DNA of 64,000 bases, from the IMG/VR virus record IMGVR_UViG_3300044639_001144; one strand, written 5' to 3'. Each line of letters opens with the position of its first letter. Within the stretch, counting starts at the first letter, position 1. Source of the DNA: a virus. The position numbers and the translations under genes were made by a program. Positions 1 to 9,561 of this stretch are shown one piece after another. A model generated the notes under the pieces. It saw nothing but the letters and a program-made list of their open reading frames with translations. It ran no database searches and was not told the origin of the DNA.

Positions 1-1630
1 GTTGAATAAGTGGATCTTCCGAACCCTCACTCATACCACTTTGATCATTAGAAGCTTTATCGTATAAATTTTCATGGTCTCCAGTTACCACATTTTCAGG
101 ATCAAGTTGTTCGCCTGTAGTATTATAAACTACAGATACAATACTTATTTCCGGACCTTCTGCTGGACTACCACCACCATCGCCCCATGTTGCAGGCTGA
201 TATGATCCCGAAGTATTATAAGAAACTGTAACTGAAATCATTTGTTCTGGTTCTGGCGGCAGAGGATTATCTTCAGTTTCCTCTGTGCTTTCCCATGCCA
301 ACCACGCTGGATTAATTATTTCAGTTTCAAATTCATAATCAGCTCCGCGAGATTCTGATACCTCTTGTGCTGGTTCCTCTAGAGATTGATTAGTTAATTC
401 TCCAATCACTTGTGCTACACCAGGATTATCTTTTAATTCTTCTAGTCTGTTAAGTATAATTTCTCTAGCATCAGCATCTGCATTTTTACTGGCCAATGCA
501 CCTAACTGTTCAAATAATTTATCATCGCCTATTAAGCTGTATAGTTGTTCAGTAACATTAATAGCATCAGGGCCAACTGGCAATTCTTGGCTTAGTAATT
601 CAACAAGTGCTATTTGTTTTTCTTTTGTGTCAGGCAATGCCCAAGTACCTTCAAGTATAAGGTTTGCCCATCCTTCGAATATATTAGCTTCTTTCATTGC
701 TTGTTCCCGTTGTAATCTTGCCAGTAAAGGTAATGCTTGTTCAACACGTGAGTCGATATTTTGTTCAACAAACATGTGGCGCAGGTCTTCAATAATAACA
801 TCTTCATCCGTTATTGCTGCTGGATCCCATGCTTCAAAGTACTTTATATATCCGGTTTTTGAACTTAAACTTTTTAAATTATGCTGTAGATTTTCGTAAT
901 ATGCGCCTGCGCTTTCAACTAACTCGGCAGTCACACCTTCAAAAATTTTGCCCTGATTGGCACGTTTGAATCTACTTAGTACATTCATTTCTTCTACGAT
1001 TTGAGCAATGTGATTGCCACGAATATCGTAAGGTTTACCACCTTGTCGTACATGTTCTATCATGGCACGACCTGCTGATAATTTTGTAAATGGTAATTTG
1101 TATCTTTCGCCTTCTGCCGTTTCTACAAATAAACTTTCAATGTAACGAAAACGAGCATCATTTTCACCAATGACACGTTTGTGTTTAATCATTAACCGTG
1201 CTTCAGTTTCCATTCCATTCCAAGAACGAGTTTTTGTGCCGGCCCAACTTTCAAACAATCCTTCTTTGATTGCTGCTTGACCTTGCATACTATATCTTAG
1301 TTTACTTAAATCGTTAGCGTTAAACCCGCCTTTCATGTCATCACGTACTGCTAAGTTCTTTAGTTGCGATAAAAAAGAAAACCATCCATCTTTATCCTCT
1401 GAATCCATGCTTTTTCCCAGATTATCTCCAAAGAAAAGTGTCAATCCTTCGTCATTAATCATAGCTACTGCTGTACCATAGTCCTTACCTGATTGTGCTT
1501 TGTAATCAAATTTGTACGATACTGGCTTAATCGTAGACCCGCTAGTATTGTTAAGCGGTACTTTTTCTGGATTGAAATCTCTAGTAACTAGTAAGTTATA
1601 TAGTTCTTGATCGGGTGTATTTTGATTCAT
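1..1630 (-). CDS. Large acidic hypothetical protein, probably virion/head-associated (partial, runs off the left edge)
   Basis: Not in the ORF track, presumably because no stop lies in the window. Manual translation of the start (MNQNTPDQELYNLLVTRDFNPEK..., LFVETAEGERYKLPF) and of the last 60 nt (DKASNDQSGMSEGSEDPLIQ) is in one open frame. An ATAAATA box lies 5 nt upstream of the ATG. Confidence 0.8.
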   Translation of the reverse strand, partial: MNQNTPDQELYNLLVTRDFNPEKVPLNNTSGSTIKPVSYKFDYKAQSGKDYGTAVAMINDEGLTLFFGDNLGKSMDSEDKDGWFSFLSQLKNLAVRDDMKGGFNANDLSKLRYSMQGQAAIKEGLFESWAGTKTRSWNGMETEARLMIKHKRVIGENDARFRYIESLFVETAEGERYKLPFTKLSAGRAMIEHVRQGGKPYDIRGNHIAQIVEEMNVLSRFKRANQGKIFEGVTAELVESAGAYYENLQHNLKSLSSKTGYIKYFEAWDPAAITDEDVIIEDLRHMFVEQNIDSRVEQALPLLARLQREQAMKEANIFEGWANLILEGTWALPDTKEKQIALVELLSQELPVGPDAINVTEQLYSLIGDDKLFEQLGALASKNADADAREIILNRLEELKDNPGVAQVIGELTNQSLEEPAQEVSESRGADYEFETEIINPAWLAWESTEETEDNPLPPEPEQMISVTVSYNTSGSYQPATWGDGGGSPAEGPEISIVSVVYNTTGEQLDPENVVTGDHENLYDKASNDQSGMSEGSEDPLIQ

Positions 1631-1644
1631 AGTATTATTTATGT

Positions 1645-3207
1645 TTAATACATCGTAGCAATGAATGGCAACGGCGGAACGATACTTTCACCATGATCAC
1701 GCATTTGAGTGTCCATCTCTGGGTGATATGTCTGCAATAGTATCATCATGCGTGTAACTAGTAGTGTAGCCATAACTAAGTCGTCAGTTGACCCGGGTTT
1801 AGCTGCATAACTAACTCCATTGGCCACAAATGTTTTAAGTTCAGAAATGAGTGGACGACTCCGTAATTTCATTTTATTTGATTCTATCAACGTTTTTAAC
1901 TTAGAACATGCTGTTAGCTTGTTTTTAGGACTAGTGTTAAAACCTTTCCGATACCTGCCGGCTCCTCTGGTAGGGTCTGACAAGAAATAGCCCTTAATGT
2001 TCTCTTCTCCAAACTGCTCTATAGATATAAGTGCAGCTTCTCCGATAGTGTTATTCTCAACCGAATAATATATTGATTGTTCGTCTTTGGTAAAACTATA
2101 AATGTGTTTTATAATGTCTGCAAGTATACGTACTTGCTCAGGAATTGTTGTTCTATTGTGTTTCCATTCACCAATTTGTTCTGTACTATTAGCTTCAAAA
2201 ATTTGTATAGCAGAGGGATCACCACCAGTTCCCAGTGATGGGTCAAGTCCGACACAGTACATTTTGCCGGCTTGTGGTTCCTTGTACCAACGTACTTGTG
2301 CTGTGCGATGTGTAGGTTCAATACCTTCTAAATCTATGAGTTTAGCTGGAGCAATGAGTGTTTCATCATTAATAATAAATTCACAATCCATCTCGCGACG
2401 GAATTGATCTTCCCCTAACTGTGCCCGCATAGATGAGGCCCAGTTGTCGTCTCTATCAGGATGTTCGCGCCAATAGCTACGGAATGCTCTAAATCCGTTT
2501 ATACCTAAATCTTGTGGATTACCATGGCTATCTTCCATTTTATTGGCGCCTTTCCACAATAGCGCAAATTGATCTTCGTCGCTATTTGGAGTGGAAGTAA
2601 TGATAGCTGATCCACCAGTTGCCAATGTTGGGCTTATAGAAGTCCAGAATTCTTGTGCTACACTTGGCCGCACGAATGCAAACTCATCGCAATATAAGAG
2701 TGAAATTGACATACCACGGCCAGTATTTTCTGTAGTTGTAGCTGATACAATACGACTTCCGTTTTCAAAATCTATTGAACCTAAATTATAATTAGTGGCT
2801 CCTGCGCGAATATGGTCAGGACATAATTCGTATGCAAAACGAATACGTTTCATAATCTCTTGCGATCCGTCGAATTTGTGTGCAGCAATAAGAACTGTTG
2901 AGTCAGGCACAAACATAGCATACCATAATAGATAGCCCGCCGCTGATGTTGACTTGCCTGTTTGGCGTGGCATCATAGCTATTGAGAAACGATAATTATG
3001 ATAAGTGTCAATTAATCGTACTTGATATTCAAAGGGTTTATATAGTGTTCTTCCACCAACTGTTTGTTGAATATAGAAGAAATTACGCATAAAATATTCT
3101 GGCCCAGTAACCGGATCGGCGCAGGCAGCAAATTCTGTAAGCTGTTGCTCTGTATATATTTCTTTTTTATGTGGCGTTTTTGCCAGCGAGTGTGAATCAA
3201 ATCCCAT
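1645..3207 (-). CDS. terL: Terminase large subunit (T4 gp17-like)
   Basis: Walker A PRQTGKS, Walker B LLYCDEFAF, coupling motif ITSTPN, RNase H-like nuclease motifs GLDPSLG and DDLVMA. Confidence 0.97.
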   Translation of the reverse strand: MGFDSHSLAKTPHKKEIYTEQQLTEFAACADPVTGPEYFMRNFFYIQQTVGGRTLYKPFEYQVRLIDTYHNYRFSIAMMPRQTGKSTSAAGYLLWYAMFVPDSTVLIAAHKFDGSQEIMKRIRFAYELCPDHIRAGATNYNLGSIDFENGSRIVSATTTENTGRGMSISLLYCDEFAFVRPSVAQEFWTSISPTLATGGSAIITSTPNSDEDQFALLWKGANKMEDSHGNPQDLGINGFRAFRSYWREHPDRDDNWASSMRAQLGEDQFRREMDCEFIINDETLIAPAKLIDLEGIEPTHRTAQVRWYKEPQAGKMYCVGLDPSLGTGGDPSAIQIFEANSTEQIGEWKHNRTTIPEQVRILADIIKHIYSFTKDEQSIYYSVENNTIGEAALISIEQFGEENIKGYFLSDPTRGAGRYRKGFNTSPKNKLTACSKLKTLIESNKMKLRSRPLISELKTFVANGVSYAAKPGSTDDLVMATLLVTRMMILLQTYHPEMDTQMRDHGESIVPPLPFIATMY

Positions 3208-3229
3208 GTTGTATTTACTTTAAAATGTG

Positions 3230-3493
3230 TTACTTCTTAGGAAACAGCGCATACCAAGCCGGCGTCCCTGGGCGTATTCCTGTTGATTTAGCATATTCAA
3301 GCTCGGGTGATATTTTAGCTTTTTGTCGTTCGGATGTAATCCTATTGTATTCTGCTAACTTTGATTGACTGCCTAACCCACCCATGTGACTGGCAATTAG
3401 CAATTGATACACAGGATCATCTGGCTCAAGATAGCAATCATCTTCGCTACTTTGAGTTAAATTTTGTGTTGTGATCCTATATTGTTTAGTCAT
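3230..3493 (-). CDS. Hypothetical protein (87 aa)
   Basis: ORF fills the gap in a co-oriented run; no recognisable motif. Confidence 0.7.
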   Translation of the reverse strand: MTKQYRITTQNLTQSSEDDCYLEPDDPVYQLLIASHMGGLGSQSKLAEYNRITSERQKAKISPELEYAKSTGIRPGTPAWYALFPKK

Positions 3494-3545
3494 AATAATG
3501 TTGGATTTTAATTAGGTATTAAAATCATTTGCCAATTTATGGCAT

Positions 3546-4361
3546 TTAACCATTTGCAGCACCGCACCTTGCACGTTTAGTCTGTACCAATTTACCAAAA
3601 TTTACAGGCCATTCTTTGCCTGGTGGTAATTCTACTGCATTAGTGGGAAACGCATACTTAACGCCGGCTGTTTGCATAATTTGTGCTACAGACACACGGA
3701 ATTTAGTTAGGTCATTGCCTAAATTTGGATATGGTGGCACATGTGGGAATTGCCAACCTGCCACTTCATTTGTTTGATTATTGATAACAATCTTATAAAA
3801 TCCACGTGGCACAACTACTCCATTGCCAATAATCTTGTCACCAGGTGCATATATGCTACCGGTTATGATTGTATAAGAATTATTAAGCTGTACTGTCCAC
3901 CCTCGGATAGATGTTTCTAGTAATTTCCAAATTCCACGGTTTAATGACCCGGCTTGCGGAACCATGTTAGTCATTAAAAATGATTCAAGTTCAACTTGCA
4001 TATTCCAACTTAAATCTCCATCCGGAGCCATATGTCCTTTATCGTAACCTGTGCCAGCATAATCATCTGGGCGAGGACCATTACGTATAGATTGATCAGC
4101 AACAAACGCATTGGTTCGTGGTATGCAACCTAATGCGTTAGTAGGAATAAGTTCGTACATTACAAACTCTGGTATTTTGGCAGCAGAATCATATCCCACT
4201 AGATATGCTTGTCTACAAATAGGTTGTATTGATCTAGAACTTTGAGGAAACCCGTATGGGGCATGTATTTGGCATGCTGCTACTGGGTTAGGAGGGCGTT
4301 GATCCCACGCAAATACAGTAGATGATAATATCGATAATAATACAACGAATAACTTCTTCAT
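3546..4361 (-). CDS. DNA/RNA non-specific endonuclease (NucA/Serratia-type His-Me finger) with a signal peptide
   Basis: YDKGHMAP (DRGH-like motif), SFLMTNMVPQAGSLNRGIWKLLE, VPRGFYKIV; N-terminus MKKLFVVLLSILSSTVFA resembles a Sec signal peptide. Confidence 0.92.
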   Translation of the reverse strand: MKKLFVVLLSILSSTVFAWDQRPPNPVAACQIHAPYGFPQSSRSIQPICRQAYLVGYDSAAKIPEFVMYELIPTNALGCIPRTNAFVADQSIRNGPRPDDYAGTGYDKGHMAPDGDLSWNMQVELESFLMTNMVPQAGSLNRGIWKLLETSIRGWTVQLNNSYTIITGSIYAPGDKIIGNGVVVPRGFYKIVINNQTNEVAGWQFPHVPPYPNLGNDLTKFRVSVAQIMQTAGVKYAFPTNAVELPPGKEWPVNFGKLVQTKRARCGAANG

Positions 4362-4763
4362 TTATTTTCTTTTGTACCCAGTAAAGGCAGTTACAGGGCT
4401 TTTTGTAATGGTACTAGCGGGTTCATCACTAGTTTTAGTGCTTACTAATCTTTTGTCAGAGCTTGGCAATCCCATATCTTTTAAAGCAATATCAATCCAT
4501 TTTTCGATATCAGGATCAGATGATATAATAATTTCATTTTCTCCCCAACTGGTAGTAGTATTAAATTCAGGATCACCTTCTTTTTTTCTTTCTTCTTTTC
4601 CTTTGGCTCCTGCTAATGCTACACTAAATCTATATTGCATGTATGCATTTTGATTTTGTAAGGCTGGAATAATATATGTTGATGGCAAACTACGAGCAAC
4701 GTCAGTCTGTATAGAGCCCTTGTCAAAACTTGTATCTTCCGCAATAAATTCACGGGCTCTCAT
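4362..4763 (-). CDS. Putative internal head protein, paralogue A
   Basis: Starts MRAREFIAE (resembles a capsid-targeting sequence), ends SPVTAFTGYKRK; paralogous to the adjacent gene. Confidence 0.65.
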   Translation of the reverse strand: MRAREFIAEDTSFDKGSIQTDVARSLPSTYIIPALQNQNAYMQYRFSVALAGAKGKEERKKEGDPEFNTTTSWGENEIIISSDPDIEKWIDIALKDMGLPSSDKRLVSTKTSDEPASTITKSPVTAFTGYKRK

Positions 4764-5137
4764 TTGCGTTTGTATCCTTTAAATGCTACCACTGGACTAT
4801 CTGTGTTCGTCGATGCTAATTCTTCACTATTTAAATTACCATCATTTAAATCTTTATATTCTACGCCGGCAGCTTTGTATGCCAATTTAAGCATATTCTG
4901 TTCTTCTTCAGTATAAGCGTGTGCAGTATTATGTTTGCCCACCCAACTTTCAGAATCCATTTCTATTGGGTTTATTCCATCACTACTTGCTACTGCCATC
5001 ATTACACGATTTAAATCATATAATTTATCGTAAGTATCTATTCTCTTGGCAAAAACATTTAGTCCGCGAGTAGCTTCTTGATGATGTTTGCTAAGTTTAC
5101 CTACAGCATTTTCAACAATAAACTCACGGGCTCGCAT
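4760..5137 (-). CDS. Putative internal head protein, paralogue B
   Basis: Starts MRAREFIVE, ends SPVVAFKGYKRK; 4-nt ATGA overlap with paralogue A. Confidence 0.65.
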   Translation of the reverse strand: MRAREFIVENAVGKLSKHHQEATRGLNVFAKRIDTYDKLYDLNRVMMAVASSDGINPIEMDSESWVGKHNTAHAYTEEEQNMLKLAYKAAGVEYKDLNDGNLNSEELASTNTDSPVVAFKGYKRK

Positions 5138-5139
5138 GA

Positions 5140-5628
5140 TTAACCTTGCCCGTTAACACCAGCCGTAGCAGATGATGCTGTTCCTAATTCTCTAGCAGTA
5201 AAGTTAGCTCCGGTAACAGTTAGATAGTTACCAGCACCAACGTAAATTTGTTGACTAGAATTAGCTGAAACTTGCGGAGCAGCTGAGTACAAATTACCAT
5301 TAGGAGGAGTTGTTACAGTAAACACATTAGTGGCATTTGCTGTAGCATTAGCACTTAGGGTTACACTAACATACGGAATTTGTGAAGCTATAGTGGTTGA
5401 AGCTGCAATGCCAGTTCCAGTAATTGCGCTACCTGCTGGCAATACCATTGATGCGGTAGTAGTGATAACATTACTAAGATTAGCAGTAGTACCACTAAAT
5501 GTAATTTGTGGAGGCAACGCAACCTGATAAACGTTATATGTGACAGCAGTATTGCCTGTAACAATTTCACATTTATCAGTGTACCAAATTACATTTGATG
5601 CTGATGTTAGTACATTTGCCTGTGCCAT
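5140..5628 (-). CDS. Small putative virion structural protein
   Basis: Thr/Ala/Asn-rich, beta-type composition with an AITGTGIAASTTI segment typical of phage fibre/decoration domains. Confidence 0.6.
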   Translation of the reverse strand: MAQANVLTSASNVIWYTDKCEIVTGNTAVTYNVYQVALPPQITFSGTTANLSNVITTTASMVLPAGSAITGTGIAASTTIASQIPYVSVTLSANATANATNVFTVTTPPNGNLYSAAPQVSANSSQQIYVGAGNYLTVTGANFTARELGTASSATAGVNGQG

Positions 5629-8600
5629 TTATACTTCCTTATTTTCTATCGCTTGGATAGTTTTATATAAATCATTCATGCGTTGTCCTTCTGAAACATG
5701 GCTATGCAATCGATTAACTTGACTTGCCACTACAGGTAAAGTAGCTTGCCCAGTTGATTTTTCTTTGGCTCCACCACCACCTGCGTAACCTCTTGTAATC
5801 ATCTGAGTATCAGCATATTCTTGGTTGCTAGGATAATCTGGCTCGTTGTTACTGTATGTAACATTAGCTTCGCCAAGGCCAGCTAGCTCCATCATTCTTT
5901 GATGCCCAGCATCATCTTCTTCTTCCATTGTTGGATTAGGCCTTTTTGGATCATATAAATCTCCGTCGTTTTCGCCCTGATCAGATTTCACATTAGAAAG
6001 TGGAATTGCAACTGTAGACGGATGACTATATATCAATGCAGCTACCCCGTCTTTCATACCTTTGAACACTCCGCGCACTCGTGCGCCTGAAGGCTGGCGC
6101 CAAATTACTTTATCGCCTATTTCAAACGGTGCAGCAGATTCATCCATTACATCAGATTCACCAGTAACTTTATCGCCAATAGCACTGCCAATAGTGCTAC
6201 CGATTGCACGTCCTGCTAATGCGCCTACTGGACCGCCGACTGCACCAAGTGCTGCACCTGCTGCGCCGCCTATGCCGCCGCCAGCTATACTACCAACTGT
6301 GCCTTCTTCCATGTCATCACATTGGCAAGGTACGCCACCACATGTATCACAAGGTTCTTCACCGCCATGCTCATGTCCAGCTTCGTCCCCGTGTGAAACA
6401 CCCATGCTATGTAACATTTCCTTAATGCGAGCAACATCATCGCCACTTACATTAATAGTGATATTCTCAACTTCTTCGCCACCATCATTTTTTGATGAGT
6501 TAGTGCTAACATTTACATCTTCTTTGAGCAAGTTACTGTACTTGCGTTCCCATGAATCATAAATGCTTCCACCAAATGACATACCGCCACCTGAAGATTT
6601 ACCACCCGATGATGTAGCTACCGAGCCAGTAGTTGTTGTTTCGTCAACTTTTTCTTCTTTCTTGGCTTTCTTTTTGCCGCCTTCTTCATCCTTACCTAAA
6701 CGTCCAGCAACAACATCACCCTGTGTTACTTTGTCGTAAGGCTTAGCATTATTGGCTAAGTTACCATCGCCTTTACCTTCTTCGGTTTTCTTAGCCTTTG
6801 GTTTATCTTTGTTAGCTTTGATAGCTTTGTCAACTGATCCAGCATGTTCTTCTTTACCAGTTTCAATTTTGCCATCGCCATCATAGTCTCTGTTAGCAAG
6901 TACTTTAGCTACACCACCCACTTTCTTAGCAGCTTTAACAAAATGACCCATGCCGCCTTTTACGCCTTCCATGTCAACTTCACGGCCTTTGCCATGTGCT
7001 GGCATTGCTTGACCGCAATGTGGACAATCGTCTCCGCCTTCAACAGCAACTATAGGTTTAGCAGTAGACCGAGTATTAGCACGTTTGCCGCTAATATTAC
7101 CGGCTTTTCCACCTTTAACTGTGCCAATGTGCTTGCTGCCCAAGCTGACTCCCGGACGATGCGGTGCGTCATTTGGTGGAACTTGAGTTACCTTTCCACC
7201 ACGGTCTACAAAATCTTCTACATCGCCTTCGTCAACTTCTCTTTCACGATTCTTCATGACATGTTTTGCCACATGTGTGCCTTTCAAACGAGCACCGCCG
7301 CCACCTGTACTGCCAGCTGGACGACCACGCCCACGTGGCTCATCACTTGCTGATTTTTGATCTGGATCGTTTACATCAACATAAGTTTCTGGCTTACGTG
7401 TATATACTGTTCCAGTTGACGTTACACGTTTGTCAAATTTACCAGTGCCTTGCTCAGGTTCGTAATCACCAAATCCAGCTTCGTCAACTTCTCTTTCACG
7501 ATTCTTCATGACATGTTTTGCCACATGTGTGCCTTTCAAACGAGCACCACCACCACCTGTACTGCCAGCTGGACGACCACGCCCACGTGGGCCATCGCTT
7601 GTTGATTTTTGATCTGGATCATTTACATCAACAAATGTATTTGCCTTGCGGGTATATTGTGTTCTGCCTGGGGAAATTTCACGTTTGTCAAATTTACCAG
7701 TGCCTTCGTCATCTTCAAATTCCATGCCGTTGTAAGCATCAGCATCACCTGCCGAACCATTGTAAGGCTGACTAGTTGCTTTGCCTGCAGGAGCTAATTT
7801 AGCTTTTAAATAATTTAAAATATCTTTATCTGATTCACTGTACATATTTGTTTCCTCAAGGTCATTGTGATCTAATCCTGGATCGCCGCGACCCTTACGG
7901 ATAAATGCTGGTATTTCTGAACGGCGTGGGCCGTCCTGTGCTGGTTTTTGTTGGACAGCACGACTATTTTTTCTAGTTTTTGCTGCTCTATTTTTTTGCG
8001 CTATAGTTTGTTGATCAAGTTCATCTGGTGTTGCTTCATACATTCCACATTCATCTACGTTGTTGTCATGCATGTATTGATCATTTGACCCTACTATAAT
8101 GTGTTTAACAATATCAACTGGGCAATCTAAATCATTAGAAATTTTATCTGCTACTTGATCTATTTGTTGCTCAGGCACAGGAATTTCGAACCCGTAATCA
8201 ACTAATGCGTCAAGTACAGCATCGGACCAAGATTCTATCATTTCGTAATGGTGTTGTTTTGGATCTCTATCAGGAGCACCTTTGCCACCTTGATGCCACA
8301 TAGAATTTGGATTAGATAGATCATTAGGATCACCGCCCCATTCGTTAACTTTTTTCTTGCCCTTGCCTTGAATATTTAACGCAAAGTTAGCACGTTTCTT
8401 TTCTAGGGGCGTACCAGATTTCTTAAGACTTTGTAATTTCTTGTTGCCAATTTTCTCGTCTTGCGGAATACCTTCTTGCTTATGTAACGCACCTTTTTTA
8501 ACTGTTTTAGCAGCTTGACTTAATGACTTCTCGGCTTCTTCAAGATGATTTGGTAATGTACCATTTCTGATAATAAGATCTAAATCTCGTTCGTTTGGAG

Positions 8601-8919
8601 TACTTCTTTTTAATCTAGCAAGCAAGTCTGGAAACTTAGGATTACGTAATATTTGTTGACCATACACTCTAGCTAATGCTTGTTTGTATTTTTCATCAGA
8701 TGGTGTCATCACAGGCGGATAACCTTCTAGTGTATTGCTGCCGGACATTCCGCCAGTAGCATCTTCCATCAAACTACGTAAGTCTGTTCGTAGTGCCTCT
8801 TCAAGTGTCTTTTTAGCAGGACTCTTAGGAGCTTGACTTTCTACAAGTGCTTTTTGCTCTTGCGTCGGCTCATTTCTAATATCATCTAATGTCTTGTTCA
8901 GTGCGTAAAATGGGTTCAT
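5629..8919 (-). CDS. Large low-complexity modular protein, putative prohead core/internal protein
   Basis: 1096 aa, charged and Gly-rich; many hydrophobic-x-E motifs (LVE, LME, LEE, VDE, MYE); duplicated RGRGRP module, DYDGDG motif, CxxC motifs, glycine zipper. Confidence 0.6.
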   Translation of the reverse strand: MNPFYALNKTLDDIRNEPTQEQKALVESQAPKSPAKKTLEEALRTDLRSLMEDATGGMSGSNTLEGYPPVMTPSDEKYKQALARVYGQQILRNPKFPDLLARLKRSTPNERDLDLIIRNGTLPNHLEEAEKSLSQAAKTVKKGALHKQEGIPQDEKIGNKKLQSLKKSGTPLEKKRANFALNIQGKGKKKVNEWGGDPNDLSNPNSMWHQGGKGAPDRDPKQHHYEMIESWSDAVLDALVDYGFEIPVPEQQIDQVADKISNDLDCPVDIVKHIIVGSNDQYMHDNNVDECGMYEATPDELDQQTIAQKNRAAKTRKNSRAVQQKPAQDGPRRSEIPAFIRKGRGDPGLDHNDLEETNMYSESDKDILNYLKAKLAPAGKATSQPYNGSAGDADAYNGMEFEDDEGTGKFDKREISPGRTQYTRKANTFVDVNDPDQKSTSDGPRGRGRPAGSTGGGGARLKGTHVAKHVMKNREREVDEAGFGDYEPEQGTGKFDKRVTSTGTVYTRKPETYVDVNDPDQKSASDEPRGRGRPAGSTGGGGARLKGTHVAKHVMKNREREVDEGDVEDFVDRGGKVTQVPPNDAPHRPGVSLGSKHIGTVKGGKAGNISGKRANTRSTAKPIVAVEGGDDCPHCGQAMPAHGKGREVDMEGVKGGMGHFVKAAKKVGGVAKVLANRDYDGDGKIETGKEEHAGSVDKAIKANKDKPKAKKTEEGKGDGNLANNAKPYDKVTQGDVVAGRLGKDEEGGKKKAKKEEKVDETTTTGSVATSSGGKSSGGGMSFGGSIYDSWERKYSNLLKEDVNVSTNSSKNDGGEEVENITINVSGDDVARIKEMLHSMGVSHGDEAGHEHGGEEPCDTCGGVPCQCDDMEEGTVGSIAGGGIGGAAGAALGAVGGPVGALAGRAIGSTIGSAIGDKVTGESDVMDESAAPFEIGDKVIWRQPSGARVRGVFKGMKDGVAALIYSHPSTVAIPLSNVKSDQGENDGDLYDPKRPNPTMEEEDDAGHQRMMELAGLGEANVTYSNNEPDYPSNQEYADTQMITRGYAGGGGAKEKSTGQATLPVVASQVNRLHSHVSEGQRMNDLYKTIQAIENKEV
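7227..7706. repeat. Tandem intragenic duplication, about 252-255 nt (84-85 aa) x2
   Basis: cttcgtcaacttctctttcacgattcttcatgacatgttttgccacatgtgtgcc occurs at 7227 and 7479. Confidence 0.95.
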
Positions 8920-8924
8920 TACTA

Positions 8925-9536
8925 TTATCCTTTGGTCTTTGCGCCAGTGGCTGGTCTTGCTGGACGCTTTTCTGCGTGTGTCATTGGGCTAACATTACCC
9001 GTTTTAAAATCATTTGTTGTTTCTGCTGGCTTAGTTTTTCCACCTGCAACAGTAAAGTTTGAACGATACGCATTTTTTAACACAGCATGGTCGTATGGAT
9101 CAGCTGAATAATCTGCTTTTAATTCTTTTTGTTCTGCATCATCAGCTGGATAGTTAGTATCGGCCAGTAATGATTCTGGTTGATCTTCAAGTTTTTTCTG
9201 ATATTCAGCAATGTCATCGCCATACACTGAAGTTTGCATAATAATTTTATTTTCATCGAATCCCATCAAACGAGCTATTTGTTTAATCTGTGGCTCAATT
9301 GCAGGATAACGTAGCATAACATCGATGCAAGTAACTTTTTCATTTTCACATGCTGGAAAATCAGCAGGTTTAGCTTGTATTGGAGTAGTTTTTTCTGAGC
9401 CAATTTTCAATGGATCAAACTGTGCCAGTTTACTTTTTAACAAATTGTAAAACCCCGATGGTAAATCACCCGCTATCTTGATACGATAGTTATAGGTTCT
9501 TTCGCTTTCGGCTAAGTAGTCTTTAAAATTTTTCAT
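8925..9536 (-). CDS. Putative head/internal virion protein
   Basis: Starts MKNFKDYLAE (resembles a capsid-targeting sequence); has its own TATAAATA box and an AGGA SD. Confidence 0.6.
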   Translation of the reverse strand: MKNFKDYLAESERTYNYRIKIAGDLPSGFYNLLKSKLAQFDPLKIGSEKTTPIQAKPADFPACENEKVTCIDVMLRYPAIEPQIKQIARLMGFDENKIIMQTSVYGDDIAEYQKKLEDQPESLLADTNYPADDAEQKELKADYSADPYDHAVLKNAYRSNFTVAGGKTKPAETTNDFKTGNVSPMTHAEKRPARPATGAKTKG

Positions 9537-9553
9537 GATTGATTCCTATATTA

Positions 9554-9561
9554 TATTTATA
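9554..9561 (-). promoter_or_regulatory. T4-type late promoter TATAAATA
   Basis: Exact T4 gp55-sigma consensus upstream of the ATG at 9536. Confidence 0.8.

Noticed and set aside
1645-3207. Intein or intron in the large terminase
   Set aside because: 520 aa with contiguous ATPase and nuclease motifs and no splice-junction motifs.
3500-3545. Two small hairpins (GATTTTAAT/ATTAAAATC and TGCCA/TGGCA) after the nuclease gene
   Set aside because: They are short and AT-rich, lack a U-tract, and are plausible by chance.
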